From: Candidatus Acidiferrum sp.
GTDB lineage: Bacteria > Acidobacteriota > Terriglobia > Acidiferrales > UBA7541
Assembly (NCBI GenBank): GCA_036493835.1
Contig: DASXPD010000129.1
Location: 7,466 to 71,465 of the forward strand
Length of the DNA: 64,000 nt
Direction: 5' to 3'
Part shown: one piece after another, positions 9,270 to 20,071 of the stretch
Layout of the letters: the number at the start of each line of letters is the position of its first letter
Position numbering within the stretch: the first letter of the stretch is position 1
Position numbers and translations under genes: made by a program
Notes under the pieces: generated by a model
Told to the model about the DNA's origin: nothing
What the model saw: the letters and a program-made list of their open reading frames with translations, nothing else
Database searches by the model: none

Positions 9270-11921
9270 ATGAGCACCACGACGCCAAGCAACGATTCGA
9301 AGCAGCGCTCTCGTGTATTGCAAGTTTTGATGCGCCTGCTTCCCGCGGAATTTCGCGGCGACTACGGCCCCGAGATCGAGCAAGTCTTCGCGCAGCAACG
9401 CGAAGAAGCCGCGAAGAGCGGCGACAAACTCGGAATCTTGCGCCTGTGGTGGGAAACCGCGAAGGGCATTTTCACGACCGCGCCCAGCGAACACTGGTCG
9501 ATGCTGAAACAAGACACCGGTTTCGCCATGCGCATGATGCGCAAGAATCTCGGCTTCACGATCGCCGCAATCATCGTGCTGGGTCTCGGAATCGGCGCAA
9601 ACACCGCAATCTTCAGCGTGGTAAATGCCGTGCTCTTAAAGCCGCTGCCGTTCGAACACGGTGAGCGCCTGCTAATGCTCAGCCAGCGGACCGTACCTGG
9701 AGCAGGAGTCGGACGCTCGTCTGTTCCCGAACTCAACGACTATCGCACGCAGAACCGCAGCATGGACGGCATCGTCGAATATCACAACATGCAATTCATC
9801 TTGCTGGGCCGCAGCGAGCCCGAACGCGTGGAGACCGGCGTCGTATCGTGGAATTTCTTCGACGTCTTCGGCGTGAAACCGCTCATCGGACGAATGTTCG
9901 AACCGGCGGACGAAAAACCCGGCGCGCCCGCGGCGCTTTTGTTGAGCTACGAATACTGGCTGCGAAGTTTCGGCGGCGATCCGACGGTCGTCGGAAAAAC
10001 GTTCCGCATGAACGACAAGCCGCACTTGGTGATCGGCGTCCTGCCCCCATTTCCGCAATATCCGCACCAAAACGACGTGTATATGACGTCGTCGGCCTGC
10101 CCGTTTCGCTCCGATCCCGAAATGGTTGCCGACCGGCGAGGACGCATGTTGCGACTCTTCGGTCGTATGAAGCCGGGCGTCACGCCGGGTCAAGCGCAGG
10201 CCGATCTTTCCACCGTCGCCGCAACGATGCAGCGAGAATTTCCAACCGCCTATTCGAAAGACGCCACGCCAAAGATGGAAGTCTCTCCGATGAAAACGGA
10301 GCTGACGCGCGACGCCAAGCCGACAATGCTGTTTCTTTTGGCCGCAGCTGGGTTTGTGCTCTTGATCGCATGCGCCAATGTCGCCAATCTCAATCTGGCG
10401 CGTATGGTGCGCCGCGGACGCGAGATGGGATTACGAGCCGCGATGGGCGCGAGCCGCGTTCGAATATTTCGCCAATTGCTGACGGAAAGTTTCCTGCTCG
10501 CGTTTGGTGGTGGGCTCCTCGGCCTGATTCTCGCCATAAGCGGATTGAAACTGCTCACCACATACGTCGCGCGCTTCACGCCACGCGCCAACGAAATTCA
10601 TGTCGATGCGCAGGTGCTGTTGTTCACGTTGGGAATCGCGGCGCTAGTCAGCGTTCTGACGGGCACGGCTCCGGCGCTCAGTCGTCGCGGAAATCTCGCC
10701 GCCTCGCTGAAGGAAGGCGGCACACAGTCGACGCTTGGCGCGGGACGCAGCAACACGCGGGGCATGCTGATCGTCGCTCAGGTCGCGGTTTCTTTTCTTC
10801 TGTTGATCGGCGCCGGGCTGATGGTCCGCAGCCTGATCAATCTCCAGCGCGTCGATGCCGGTTTTCGACCGGACAATGTCTTGACGGTGCAAATGAGCTT
10901 GGATTTCTCAAAGTACATGAGCAATCCCAGCATGCTGAACTTTTCCGATGCCCTCTTGGAAAAAGTTCGAGCCATGCCTCAGGTGACCGCGGCCGCGATG
11001 TCGGGCGAATTCCCGCTCGATAAATCGCCTGCATTCAACAATGAATTTCTGATCGAGGGTCAGCAGGCGAATCCGAAAGATAAGCCGACTGCGGAGTTTA
11101 ACGCTGTGAGTCCCGACTATTTCCGCACGCTCGGAATCCCGATTCTCAGCGGCAGAGATTTCGACGGCCGCGATCGACCCGACAAATTGCGGGTCGCGGT
11201 CGTGAATCAATCGGTCGTGACCCACTATTTTCACGGTCAGGATCCCGTCGGCCGCCGAGTCTCCTTTGATGACGGCAAGAACTGGACGGAAATCGTCGGT
11301 GTAGCCGGCGATGTCCGCGGACGCGAACTCAGCCAGAGCGCGAAGGACTATATCTGCGTGCCCTACGCGCAATATCCACAGATGGCACCGGGACTCGTCG
11401 CCCGAACGCAAGGCGATCCGATGAATATCGCGCGGACTGTGGTGATGCATCTTTATGAAGTCGATCCCAATCAGCCGGCCGGAAAAATTCAATCGCTCGA
11501 GCAGGTGCGTTCCGAATCGATCGCCGCGCCAAAGCTGACGACAAATTTGCTCGGACTGTTCGCGTTGCTCGCGCTCGCAATCGCGGCGGCCGGTATCGGC
11601 GGCGTGATGGCGCTTTCGGTAAGTCAGCGCGTTCACGAGATCGGCATTCGCATGGCGGTCGGCGCGCGACCCATGGAAATCGTGATGATGATCCTGCGCC
11701 AGGGCATGGCCCTCGCGCTTGCCGGCGTCGCGGTCGGATTGGTCGGCGCATTTGCGTTGACGCAATCGGTCCGCGGCTTGCTCTTTGAAGTCACGCCGAC
11801 CGATCCGGTTACGTTTGTCGGAGTCGCGCTCGTTCTAGCCGCCGCGGCCTGCGCCGCTTGCTACATTCCCGCTCGTCGCGCCGCGCAAGTCGATCCGTTG
11901 CGCGCGCTCCGCGCCGAGTAG
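9270..11921 (+). CDS. ADOP family duplicated ABC-type permease (MacB/FtsX-like)
   Basis: LGLGIGANTAIFSVVNAVLL, LLIACANVANL, EIGIRMAVGA, YIPARRAAQVDPLRALRAE; PadR-linked N-terminal segment. Confidence 0.93.
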   Translation: MSTTTPSNDSKQRSRVLQVLMRLLPAEFRGDYGPEIEQVFAQQREEAAKSGDKLGILRLWWETAKGIFTTAPSEHWSMLKQDTGFAMRMMRKNLGFTIAAIIVLGLGIGANTAIFSVVNAVLLKPLPFEHGERLLMLSQRTVPGAGVGRSSVPELNDYRTQNRSMDGIVEYHNMQFILLGRSEPERVETGVVSWNFFDVFGVKPLIGRMFEPADEKPGAPAALLLSYEYWLRSFGGDPTVVGKTFRMNDKPHLVIGVLPPFPQYPHQNDVYMTSSACPFRSDPEMVADRRGRMLRLFGRMKPGVTPGQAQADLSTVAATMQREFPTAYSKDATPKMEVSPMKTELTRDAKPTMLFLLAAAGFVLLIACANVANLNLARMVRRGREMGLRAAMGASRVRIFRQLLTESFLLAFGGGLLGLILAISGLKLLTTYVARFTPRANEIHVDAQVLLFTLGIAALVSVLTGTAPALSRRGNLAASLKEGGTQSTLGAGRSNTRGMLIVAQVAVSFLLLIGAGLMVRSLINLQRVDAGFRPDNVLTVQMSLDFSKYMSNPSMLNFSDALLEKVRAMPQVTAAAMSGEFPLDKSPAFNNEFLIEGQQANPKDKPTAEFNAVSPDYFRTLGIPILSGRDFDGRDRPDKLRVAVVNQSVVTHYFHGQDPVGRRVSFDDGKNWTEIVGVAGDVRGRELSQSAKDYICVPYAQYPQMAPGLVARTQGDPMNIARTVVMHLYEVDPNQPAGKIQSLEQVRSESIAAPKLTTNLLGLFALLALAIAAAGIGGVMALSVSQRVHEIGIRMAVGARPMEIVMMILRQGMALALAGVAVGLVGAFALTQSVRGLLFEVTPTDPVTFVGVALVLAAAACAACYIPARRAAQVDPLRALRAE

Positions 11922-11996
11922 ACCGGAAACGCTTTCTGCAAGTGAGCGTCTAAGCCCCTTAGCCGTTCCTGTCGCAGAAGACACTGGAGAAATCGC

Positions 11997-12392
11997 GTGC
12001 CGACGTTTACGCAAGGCGCTGTATCCCTGCTTGCGCGCTGGTTGATTAGCATTATTTTCGTCACCAGCGCGTTCAGCAAAATGTTTGGCTGGAGCGTCAA
12101 CGTCGAGTACATGCATTCGAAACACATGCCTGCGGCAACCTTGTTGTTGGCCGCCGCGCTCGTAGTGGAAGCCGTCGGATCGTTTTGTCTGATCACAGGC
12201 TTAGGCGCGCGTGCCGCCGCAACCGCGATGTTCTTCTACATGATTCCGGTGACGTTTCTACTGCACGAATTCATGTCGGTAAATTTCCAGAAAAATCTTG
12301 GATTAATGGGCGGCTTGTTGATGATCGCCGCGTTCGGCCCCGGCAGGATCGCTCTTGAGGCGCGCATCGCCTCTGCGCCCGCAACGAACTAA
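11997..12392 (+). CDS. DoxX family membrane protein
   Basis: LLARWLISIIF...SKMFG, FQKNLGLMGGLL..AAFGPG; four hydrophobic segments. Confidence 0.85.
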   Translation: MPTFTQGAVSLLARWLISIIFVTSAFSKMFGWSVNVEYMHSKHMPAATLLLAAALVVEAVGSFCLITGLGARAAATAMFFYMIPVTFLLHEFMSVNFQKNLGLMGGLLMIAAFGPGRIALEARIASAPATN

Positions 12393-12404
12393 GCCATGCA
12401 GCGA

Positions 12405-13520
12405 TCAGTGCGCCGACTGCTGCAGCAGTTCGGCCATATGATCCTTCCAAATGGCCGCGAAAGTGTGCGTGCCGTGTCCGTGAGTTTGTTCGCTCGCCGG
12501 AATCAAAATAAATTTGCCGTGTTGCAGCCGCTTCACTTCGCGTTCGGCGATGCCTAGGTCGGGCGGGTTGATGAAATCGTCTGCCGAGTTCATCCACATC
12601 ACTTGCGCCTTGATTTTTTCCAGGTTCGCTGACGGATCATAGTCTCGCGACGCGCTTACCTGATAGAGAATATCGTTCGCATCGATTCCCGACGCGCGGT
12701 CGTGAAAATATTTTTCCAAGAATCTGTCCGCATCGTCCCGCGTCGGCATCGACTTCTGCATCGGGATCGGAGCGCTGCCCGCGATGATCAGAAAATCGAG
12801 CGCGATTCGAACGCCTTGCGGCGGCTCGGTGGTGTAGTCGCCGTTTTTCCACTCCGGATCGGTTCGAATGCCGTCGATCAGCATCTTGCGCCACACGCGA
12901 TTGCGTCCCGCGATTTGCACCGGCAGGCAGGCCATCGGCATCAGCGCATCCATGAAATCCGGATACGTCTCTCCCCAAACAAACGAGTGCATGCATCCCA
13001 TCGAAGTCCCAAAAATCAGACGCAGATGGTTTACTCCGAGGCCTTCCGTCAGCAATTTGTAGTGCAGCGCGACCATGTCCGCGTAGTCGTATTGTGGAAA
13101 ATGCGCGTGCAACCCGTCGCTGGGCTTCGATGATTTTCCATGACCGACTCCATCGACCAGAATCAGGTAGTAGCGCGACGCATCCAGAATTTGCCCCGGA
13201 TTGAACAATTCGTTGGCGAAATAAGGCGCGAGAAACTGATGCCCGCTGCCGCCGGTGCCATGAAGGATCAGAACTGCATTCGTCGTGCGCCCTTGGGCGT
13301 CCTTCGCGGGCTTGCCGAGCGTCGTGTAGTGCAGCTTTAGATCGGCCAGCGTTTCTCCCGATTCAAATTTGAAATTGTGAACGACAAAATCGCCCTCGGT
13401 CGTTGGCGGATACTTTGCCTCGACGGCAGCCGTCTGCGATCGCGCGTCCGGCGACGCCACAACGAAAAATGCAACAACCGCGATTGCCGCCACCACGACG
13501 GCGCGCCCCATTCGATTCAT
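12405..13520 (-). CDS. Secreted alpha/beta hydrolase, homoserine O-acetyltransferase-like
   Basis: LHYTTLG, HGTGG, GTSMGCMH nucleophile motif, HGHGTH; signal peptide argues against cytoplasmic MetX function. Confidence 0.85.
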   Translation of the reverse strand: MNRMGRAVVVAAIAVVAFFVVASPDARSQTAAVEAKYPPTTEGDFVVHNFKFESGETLADLKLHYTTLGKPAKDAQGRTTNAVLILHGTGGSGHQFLAPYFANELFNPGQILDASRYYLILVDGVGHGKSSKPSDGLHAHFPQYDYADMVALHYKLLTEGLGVNHLRLIFGTSMGCMHSFVWGETYPDFMDALMPMACLPVQIAGRNRVWRKMLIDGIRTDPEWKNGDYTTEPPQGVRIALDFLIIAGSAPIPMQKSMPTRDDADRFLEKYFHDRASGIDANDILYQVSASRDYDPSANLEKIKAQVMWMNSADDFINPPDLGIAEREVKRLQHGKFILIPASEQTHGHGTHTFAAIWKDHMAELLQQSAH

Positions 13521-13719
13521 CGACCACCTCGGCCCGCGAATCTAGCACAAAGAAATTCACGCTGCGGCGAAAGCTGTAAAATTTCGGCCCGGCGACGCGA
13601 CACGAACTAGAAAAGTCGCCCAACTATTGTGTTCCAGAACCGTGAAACATAAACTCGGCGTCGCGATTGCAGCCTGTCACGGCCGCTTTCGTCCGTTATT
13701 TCGCCACAAGGAGTTTCCG

Positions 13720-15162
13720 ATGCGCGCCCGATTCCTTCTCTTGTGCACAACCTTGCTGCCCACCCTTGCCCCAGCCCAAACCGCAACCCACATCGGCCCG
13801 CGCGTAAAACCTTTCGTTCGCGAAGACGCCGCAACGATCGTCTTAACTCACGTCCGCGTGATCGATGGCACCGGCGCCGCTGCACGCACGGATCAATCGA
13901 TAGTGCTGCGCGACGGAAAAATCCTCGCCGTCGGCGACGCTGCATCGACAAAAGTTCCGGACGGCGCCAAAGTTCTCGATCTCGCCGGCCGCACCGTGAT
14001 CCCCGGCCTCGTCGGCATGCACGACCACATGTATTACCCCGCGCCACTCGGACCGCCCGCGATGTATCCCGAACACGCAACGAGTTTCCCGCGTCTCTAT
14101 CTCGCCGGCGGCGTTACGACCATTCGAACCACCGGCAGCGTCGAACCCTACACCGACCTCGAACTCAAGAAAGCGATCGACTCCGGCGCAGCCATCGGTC
14201 CAAAAATGCATGTCACCGGCCCTTACCTCGAAGGCCTCGGCTCATTCACGCCCCAAATGCACGAACTCAAAGACGCCGACGACGCCCGCCGCACCGTCGA
14301 ATACTGGATCTCCGAAGGCGTCACTTCCTTCAAGGCCTACATGCACATCACCCCCGACGAATTGGCCGCCGCGGTAAAAGCCGCGCACGCTCACAACATA
14401 AAAGTCACCGGTCACCTGTGTTCGATCGGCTTTCGCGAAGCCGCTTCCATCGGCATCGACGACCTCGAGCACGGCATCTTCGCCGATTCGGAATTCGTCG
14501 AAGGACGCAAGCCCGACACATGTCCTGAAGGCCGCGACGCGGTCGAAGATTCGCTGCTGAATCTCGACGCCACATCCGGTCCCCTCCACGACACGATTCG
14601 CGACCTGATCAGCAAGCATGTCGCCGTCACTTCGACCTTGCCGGTTTTCGAAACGATCGTGCCCAATCGCGCTCCGCTCGAACCCCGCGTCCTCGATGCG
14701 ATGTTGCCCGAAGCGCGCATCCAGTATCTGCAACGCCGCTCGACGATTTCCGACAACGCGGCGAAATCCCACTGGCCGGCCCTGCTCAAAAAAGAAATGG
14801 AGTTCGAACGCGAGTTCGCGAAGGAAGGCGGCTTGCTCCTCGCTGGATTGGATCCGACCGGATTCGGCGGCGTCATCGCCGGTTTTGGCGACCAGCGCGA
14901 AGTCGAGCTGCTGGTCGAGGCGGGCTTCACTCCGCTCGAAGCAATTCACATCGCGACCGCAAACGGCGCGGAGTTCCTAGGCGAATCAAATCAGATCGGC
15001 ACGATCGCACCCGGCAAAGCCGCCGACATCGTCGTGATCAACGGCGATCCGTCCGCGAATATCAAAGACATCGAAAACGTCGAAATCGTCTTCAAAGATG
15101 GCGTCGGTTACGATTCCGCAAAAATGATCGAGTCGGTTAAAGGTTTGGTCGGGCTGCGCTAA
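13720..15162 (+). CDS. Amidohydrolase family protein, secreted
   Basis: PGLVGMHDH (HxH), GGVTTIRTTG, AGLDPTG, GKAADIVV; ATG 13720 after AGGAG. Confidence 0.9.
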   Translation: MRARFLLLCTTLLPTLAPAQTATHIGPRVKPFVREDAATIVLTHVRVIDGTGAAARTDQSIVLRDGKILAVGDAASTKVPDGAKVLDLAGRTVIPGLVGMHDHMYYPAPLGPPAMYPEHATSFPRLYLAGGVTTIRTTGSVEPYTDLELKKAIDSGAAIGPKMHVTGPYLEGLGSFTPQMHELKDADDARRTVEYWISEGVTSFKAYMHITPDELAAAVKAAHAHNIKVTGHLCSIGFREAASIGIDDLEHGIFADSEFVEGRKPDTCPEGRDAVEDSLLNLDATSGPLHDTIRDLISKHVAVTSTLPVFETIVPNRAPLEPRVLDAMLPEARIQYLQRRSTISDNAAKSHWPALLKKEMEFEREFAKEGGLLLAGLDPTGFGGVIAGFGDQREVELLVEAGFTPLEAIHIATANGAEFLGESNQIGTIAPGKAADIVVINGDPSANIKDIENVEIVFKDGVGYDSAKMIESVKGLVGLR

Positions 15163-15198
15163 GGCCGTACGCAATCCAAGCCACGACGATACGACGCG

Positions 15199-16635
15199 CT
15201 ACGGCAACATATTCTTGCCATCGGCCGACGGCAGCTCAAGCCCCGCTTCATGCGCCAGCGTCGGCGCGATATTCCGCATATCGATCACGCCCAAATCCTT
15301 AGCCGCGGGCACGCCCGGCCCAACCAGAAAAAACGCCGCGCGCAAATCCGGCACGTCCGGCAATTCGCCATGCGTTCCCCCGACTTTCGTCTTCGTCAGC
15401 AATGCCCCATCCAGATCGTAGCCCGTACGCCACCCCGGCTTCATGCTCACAAAAAACGACGCCGTTGGATATCCACCGCGTTCATGCACCTGCTCCGCAT
15501 CCAACACGCGATCCACGCCATTCGCCGGATCAGCCGCAATCTTCGCCAGCAACTCCTTCACCTGCGAACTCACAGCCGCATCCGTCGGCTCCTTCAGCAC
15601 AATCGCAGCCGACCCACCCGTCACCCACGGAATCGCCCTCCAATCCGTGATTTTCCCCTTCGCATCGACGTCAAACAATTTCGCCTCACGAAACGCCGCA
15701 AACAAATTCAGCTGCGCATCCGTGCGCGCGAACCCGTGATCCGACACCACTGCTACAAACGTATGCTCCGGCGCAAACTTCTCCGCCGCTTCCCACACTC
15801 TACCGATCGCCGCATCAATCCCTTCAAGCACCGCCACCGCCTCAGGACTGAACGGCCCCGTCTCGTGCTCGATATGATCGAGCGCAATCAAGTGCAGCGT
15901 CAGCAGCGCCGGATGCTTTTTCTCCAGAATCCACTCCGCATATTTGCCGCGATTCTTGTCGGCTTCCACCGTCGTATCAATCCCTCCACTGTACGGCCCG
16001 ATCTCCGCCGAAATTTCCGCGATCAGTCCCGGCGTCGACACCGCGCGCAGCAACTTCGCATCGTCCGGCGTATTCGCGCGCCAAAATTCCGGAATCACCC
16101 AATTGATATGCGCGCCCACCGTCACCGGCCACTGAATGCTCGCCGTCGTGCGCCCCGCTTTCGCCGCCGCGTCCCACAACGTCGGCACGCGAATATCTTC
16201 CGCATACCAATACCAGCCCTGAAAATTTTTCTGCAGCGGATCGAATGTCGTATTTGCGTAAATTCCGTGCTCCGCCGGCCACACTCCGGTCATCAACGTG
16301 GTGTGACTTGGATAGGTCACAGTCGGCACGACTCCTTGCACCCCGTCCGCATACGTGCCGAGCTTCATCATCCGGCGCAGGTTCGGAATTTTCGCGCCAT
16401 GCGCGTCGGCTTGCGTCACGTAGTCTGGCCTTAACCCATCGACCGAAATCACCACCAGCAGCGGTGACATCGGCCGGTTCTGTCCCACCGCTCGATCTTG
16501 AACGGCCGCGACGCGCGCTCCGACAATGCTGACGCTAGCGATCGCGCCCGTGCAAGCGATCACCGCAACCAGCTCCAGCGCCAGCCGCCGAAACGAAATG
16601 CGACTTCCACTTCGCACCATCGATCTCCAGCCCAT
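15199..16635 (-). CDS. Nucleotide pyrophosphatase/phosphodiesterase (alkaline phosphatase superfamily)
   Basis: VISVDGLRPD, PTVTYPSHTTLMTG, DHIEH, SDHGF, GTHG; start 16635 or 16620. Confidence 0.9.
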   Translation of the reverse strand: MGWRSMVRSGSRISFRRLALELVAVIACTGAIASVSIVGARVAAVQDRAVGQNRPMSPLLVVISVDGLRPDYVTQADAHGAKIPNLRRMMKLGTYADGVQGVVPTVTYPSHTTLMTGVWPAEHGIYANTTFDPLQKNFQGWYWYAEDIRVPTLWDAAAKAGRTTASIQWPVTVGAHINWVIPEFWRANTPDDAKLLRAVSTPGLIAEISAEIGPYSGGIDTTVEADKNRGKYAEWILEKKHPALLTLHLIALDHIEHETGPFSPEAVAVLEGIDAAIGRVWEAAEKFAPEHTFVAVVSDHGFARTDAQLNLFAAFREAKLFDVDAKGKITDWRAIPWVTGGSAAIVLKEPTDAAVSSQVKELLAKIAADPANGVDRVLDAEQVHERGGYPTASFFVSMKPGWRTGYDLDGALLTKTKVGGTHGELPDVPDLRAAFFLVGPGVPAAKDLGVIDMRNIAPTLAHEAGLELPSADGKNMLP

Positions 16636-17020
16636 CGTCTTCAATCTCCCCCCATCGCCTTCAGTCAGGGTTCGGCTCCGAAACTGGCAGCATACCTCAG
16701 CCCACCTGCACCGTTTCACGGATCCCCATTCGGACTATGAATGCGATATAACAATCCAGCGGGCGCCGCCGAGCCAGCCCTCGTTTCCAAAGGCGCTGTT
16801 TCTCTGCTTTGAGGGTGATAAACTCAATCAATCCAATGCATCGGCCAATGACACCACGGACGTCAACCACCCACTTCAAAACTACCTCCCCGGCCCTAAA
16901 TAATGTAGAGTCTAGGGCCGGCATCGGACAGCTTGAGGGCGCAGCCCAATCCGCAATCACCGTGGCCCTGCCAGTTACGGTGAGCGCTATGTCCGCGCCG
17001 ATCGAGACGGGGGAGCTCCT

Positions 17021-18238
17021 TTGAGCATCGAACACGCATCTGCGGTCGCTTCAGCGTCGCAAACCGCCTCAATCGCGGTGCCACCCAAACGCGCCGCGAC
17101 CGAATATCCCTTCATCCTTGCCAGCGCCACCGCCCTTCCCGAGCACACCATCACGCGCGAAGATGTGAAGTATCAACTGGGACGCGTCTTCGACATCCCA
17201 GAGCGCAAGCTCGAAGCCATGATGTCGATCGTCGATAACGCCCAAGTCCACAAGCGCCACTCGATCTTCCCGGTTGAACACATCGTCCAGCCGCGCGGCC
17301 TCGAAAAAACCAATCAGGAATACATCGAGCACGCCATCAAGCTCGGCCGCGAAGCCGCCGAAAAATGCCTCGAACGCGCACACCTTCGCGCCGATGAAAT
17401 CGACCTCATCATCACCGTCAGCTGCACCGGCTTCATGATTCCGTCACTCGACGCCCACCTTATTAATTTGATGGGCTTCCGCAGCGACGTCCGCCGCATG
17501 CCCTTCACCGAGCTCGGCTGCGCCGCCGGCGCGATGGGACTCTCCCGCGCCGCCGACTATCTCAAGGCCTATCCCGGCGGCAACGCGCTTGTCATCGCCG
17601 TCGAACTCCCGACGCTCACCTTCCAGCGCAAAGACATTTCGCAGGCCAATCTCATTTCATCGATTCTTTTCGGTGACGGCGCCGCCGCCGTCATCGTCAG
17701 CAACAACCCGAAAGCCGTCGCCACTGCGCCACCTTCGAACTCAACCGCCCACGCGAACGGCAACGGCAACTCCAACGGCTCCTCAACCACTTCCAATCAC
17801 AAGCCTCAAATTCTCGTCTCCGAAACCTACACCTTTCCCGACTCCCTCGGCGCCATGGGCTTCGATCTTCGCGACTCCGGCTTCCACATCCTGCTCGACA
17901 AAGGCGTGCCCGACATGATCGGCGCCAAAATCAAATCGCTCGTCGACAGTTTCCTCGGCAGCCATGGCCTGACGCAGCAAGACATCAAAGGTTGGATCCT
18001 GCATCCCGGCGGCGCGCGCCTGCTCGGCAACGTCGAAATCGCCCTCGGCCTCGACAAGTCCCAAACGCAACCGTCGTGGGACGTCCTCGCCAACGTCGGC
18101 AATCTTTCCAGCGCAACCATTCTCTTCATCCTTCAGGAATGGCTCGAGAAGCGCCCGCTCAACCCCGGCGACATCGCGATGGCTGCCGCCTTCGGCCCGG
18201 GCTTCAGCGCTGAATTTCTGCTCCTCCAATGGACCTGA
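17021..18238 (+). CDS. Type III polyketide synthase
   Basis: Catalytic triad Cys (ELGCAAG), His (LHPGG), Asn (GNLSS); FGDGAAA, AFGPGF; TTG start after GGGGAG. Confidence 0.93.
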   Translation: MSIEHASAVASASQTASIAVPPKRAATEYPFILASATALPEHTITREDVKYQLGRVFDIPERKLEAMMSIVDNAQVHKRHSIFPVEHIVQPRGLEKTNQEYIEHAIKLGREAAEKCLERAHLRADEIDLIITVSCTGFMIPSLDAHLINLMGFRSDVRRMPFTELGCAAGAMGLSRAADYLKAYPGGNALVIAVELPTLTFQRKDISQANLISSILFGDGAAAVIVSNNPKAVATAPPSNSTAHANGNGNSNGSSTTSNHKPQILVSETYTFPDSLGAMGFDLRDSGFHILLDKGVPDMIGAKIKSLVDSFLGSHGLTQQDIKGWILHPGGARLLGNVEIALGLDKSQTQPSWDVLANVGNLSSATILFILQEWLEKRPLNPGDIAMAAAFGPGFSAEFLLLQWT

Positions 18239-18801
18239 GTGTCATCGCGTATCTCCTGCTGCTGCTCCTCGTAGCGGCGCTCCGCATCGTCGAACTCCGC
18301 ATCTCGCGCAATCATCAGCGCGCCATGGTTCCGCGCGGCGCCGAAGTCGTCGCCGAGCCGCTCTATCGCTGGATGGTCGCGCTCCACACCTTCGTCATCG
18401 CCGGTTCCGCCGTCGAAGTCGTCGCGCTCAAGCGCCCCTTCATTCCCGTTCTCGCATTCATCATGTTCGGCATTTTCCTCGCCGCAAACATCGTGCGCTG
18501 GTGGGTGATTCGAACGCTCGGCGATCACTGGAACGTTCAAGTGATGGATTCGACCAGCCTCGGCGTGATTACCAGTGGTCCTTTCCGCTTCGTGCGGCAT
18601 CCTAACTATGCGGCGGTTTTTGCGGAGATGATCGCGCTCCCATTGATTCACACGGCTTGGATCACCGCGCTGGTTGGCGCAATCGGCCACGTCGCGGTGC
18701 TCGCGCGTCGTCTCGCCACCGAAGAGCGCGTGCTCTTCGCGAACCCCGACTATCGCGCTGCGATGTCCAGCAAGCCCAGGTTTCTGCCCGGCCTCTTCTG
18801 A
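18229..18801 (+). CDS. Isoprenylcysteine carboxyl methyltransferase family (SrsB/BpsB-like O-methyltransferase)
   Basis: RWWVIRTLG..WN, GPFRFVRHPNY, EERVL; overlaps the PKS stop. Confidence 0.88.
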   Translation: MDLSVIAYLLLLLLVAALRIVELRISRNHQRAMVPRGAEVVAEPLYRWMVALHTFVIAGSAVEVVALKRPFIPVLAFIMFGIFLAANIVRWWVIRTLGDHWNVQVMDSTSLGVITSGPFRFVRHPNYAAVFAEMIALPLIHTAWITALVGAIGHVAVLARRLATEERVLFANPDYRAAMSSKPRFLPGLF

Positions 18802-18818
18802 ACTCTGAAAATTTCTCT

Positions 18819-19724
18819 ATGCGCCGACTCGCTCGCGTCGCCTTTTTAATCGCGCTTCTCGTCGCATCGGCCGCGAATCTCGCGACCGCAGCCGCGACTC
18901 CCGCGCCACCAGACGATCCGTCCCCCGCCTTCAACAAAGACCCCGAACTCGCCAACGGCTTCCACCATCTTTACGCGCAAGATTTCACCGAAGCCCGCGT
19001 CATTTTCACCACTTGGGAAAACGCTCATCCCGACCAGCCCTTCGGACAAGTCGCCATCGCCGCCAGTTACCTTTTCGAAGAGCTCTACCGCCAGCGTGTT
19101 CTAACCAGCGATTTTTTTCTCGACCAGAAGCGCTTCCTCAACGGCATCGAAGGCAAGCCCGATGCCGACCGCATGAACCACTTCCGCGGTGCCGTCGAAC
19201 ACGCGCGCACTCTTTCGAAAGCGCGCCTCAAGAAAAATCCGAAAGATCCCGAAGGCCTCTTCGGCCTGGCGCTCGCCGCCGGAATGGAATCCGACGCCTA
19301 CGCGATTCTCGAGAAAAAACAGGTCGACGCGCTCAAACGCCTGAAGGAAGCCAACGAAAACGCCAAAACGCTTCTCGCCGTCCAACCCGATGCCAACGAC
19401 GCCTGGGTCGCGCTCGGCGCCGCCAACTACATCATCGGCTCGCTCAACGCCGGTTATCGCATGGGCCTCTTTTTTCTCGGCATCCACGGCGACAAAAAAC
19501 TCGGCATGGAGCAACTCGAAAAAACCGCCAACAACGGCCGCTATCTCCAACCCTTCGCAAAAATTCTCCTCGCCTTAAGCGCCCGCCGCGAAAAGCAAAA
19601 CGCCCTCGCCCAAAAACTTCTGCTCGAACTCACCCAGGAATTCCCCGACAACCCCACCTTCGCCTCCGAATACGCCAAATCCATGGGCCGCCCCATCCCC
19701 GCCGAACTAAAACCCACCCCTTAG
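18819..19724 (+). CDS. Secreted helical/TPR-like hypothetical protein
   Basis: Signal peptide, TPR-like helices; C-ending codon usage matches neighbours. Confidence 0.75.
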   Translation: MRRLARVAFLIALLVASAANLATAAATPAPPDDPSPAFNKDPELANGFHHLYAQDFTEARVIFTTWENAHPDQPFGQVAIAASYLFEELYRQRVLTSDFFLDQKRFLNGIEGKPDADRMNHFRGAVEHARTLSKARLKKNPKDPEGLFGLALAAGMESDAYAILEKKQVDALKRLKEANENAKTLLAVQPDANDAWVALGAANYIIGSLNAGYRMGLFFLGIHGDKKLGMEQLEKTANNGRYLQPFAKILLALSARREKQNALAQKLLLELTQEFPDNPTFASEYAKSMGRPIPAELKPTP

Positions 19725-19884
19725 TTCGCCTCCGAACCTTTCACCGCGCACGATTCGCCGAGGTCATGTATGGGCGCAGCACCGCTGCGCCCGATGTCCG
19801 CAAGATGTAATCCGCCACAGTCCGAGCGTAGCTTTCGAATGCCGCTGCTCCGACTCAATTCCCACTTTCATTTCGGCAAAAAAC

Positions 19885-19969
19885 TGTCATCCCGACCGAA
19901 GCGAGCCCACGCCTTTTCTTTCGCGTTCGCGTGTTCGCGAACGCGTGGGCTTGCGCAGTGGAGGGACCT
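19885..19969. repeat. REP-like element, TGTCAT..GGACCT family, copy 1
   Basis: TGTCATCCCGACCGAAGC...internal hairpin...GCAGTGGAGGGACCT. Confidence 0.8.
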
Positions 19970-20071
19970 TGGCGTGATCGCAACCACACCGCCACTCACT
20001 GAGACCCGCAACTCTCGCGCCTCAACCCAATTTCCATTTTCCCTTTTCCTTTTTCCCTCTACACTCCTCCC

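Noticed and set aside
12405-13520. Assigning metX to the homoserine acetyltransferase-like gene
   Set aside because: Has a signal peptide and no methionine-pathway context; left as a family-level call
16809-17024. 71-aa ORF ending at the PKS start
   Set aside because: No recognisable features and codon usage unlike neighbours; likely a chance ORF in the divergent promoter region
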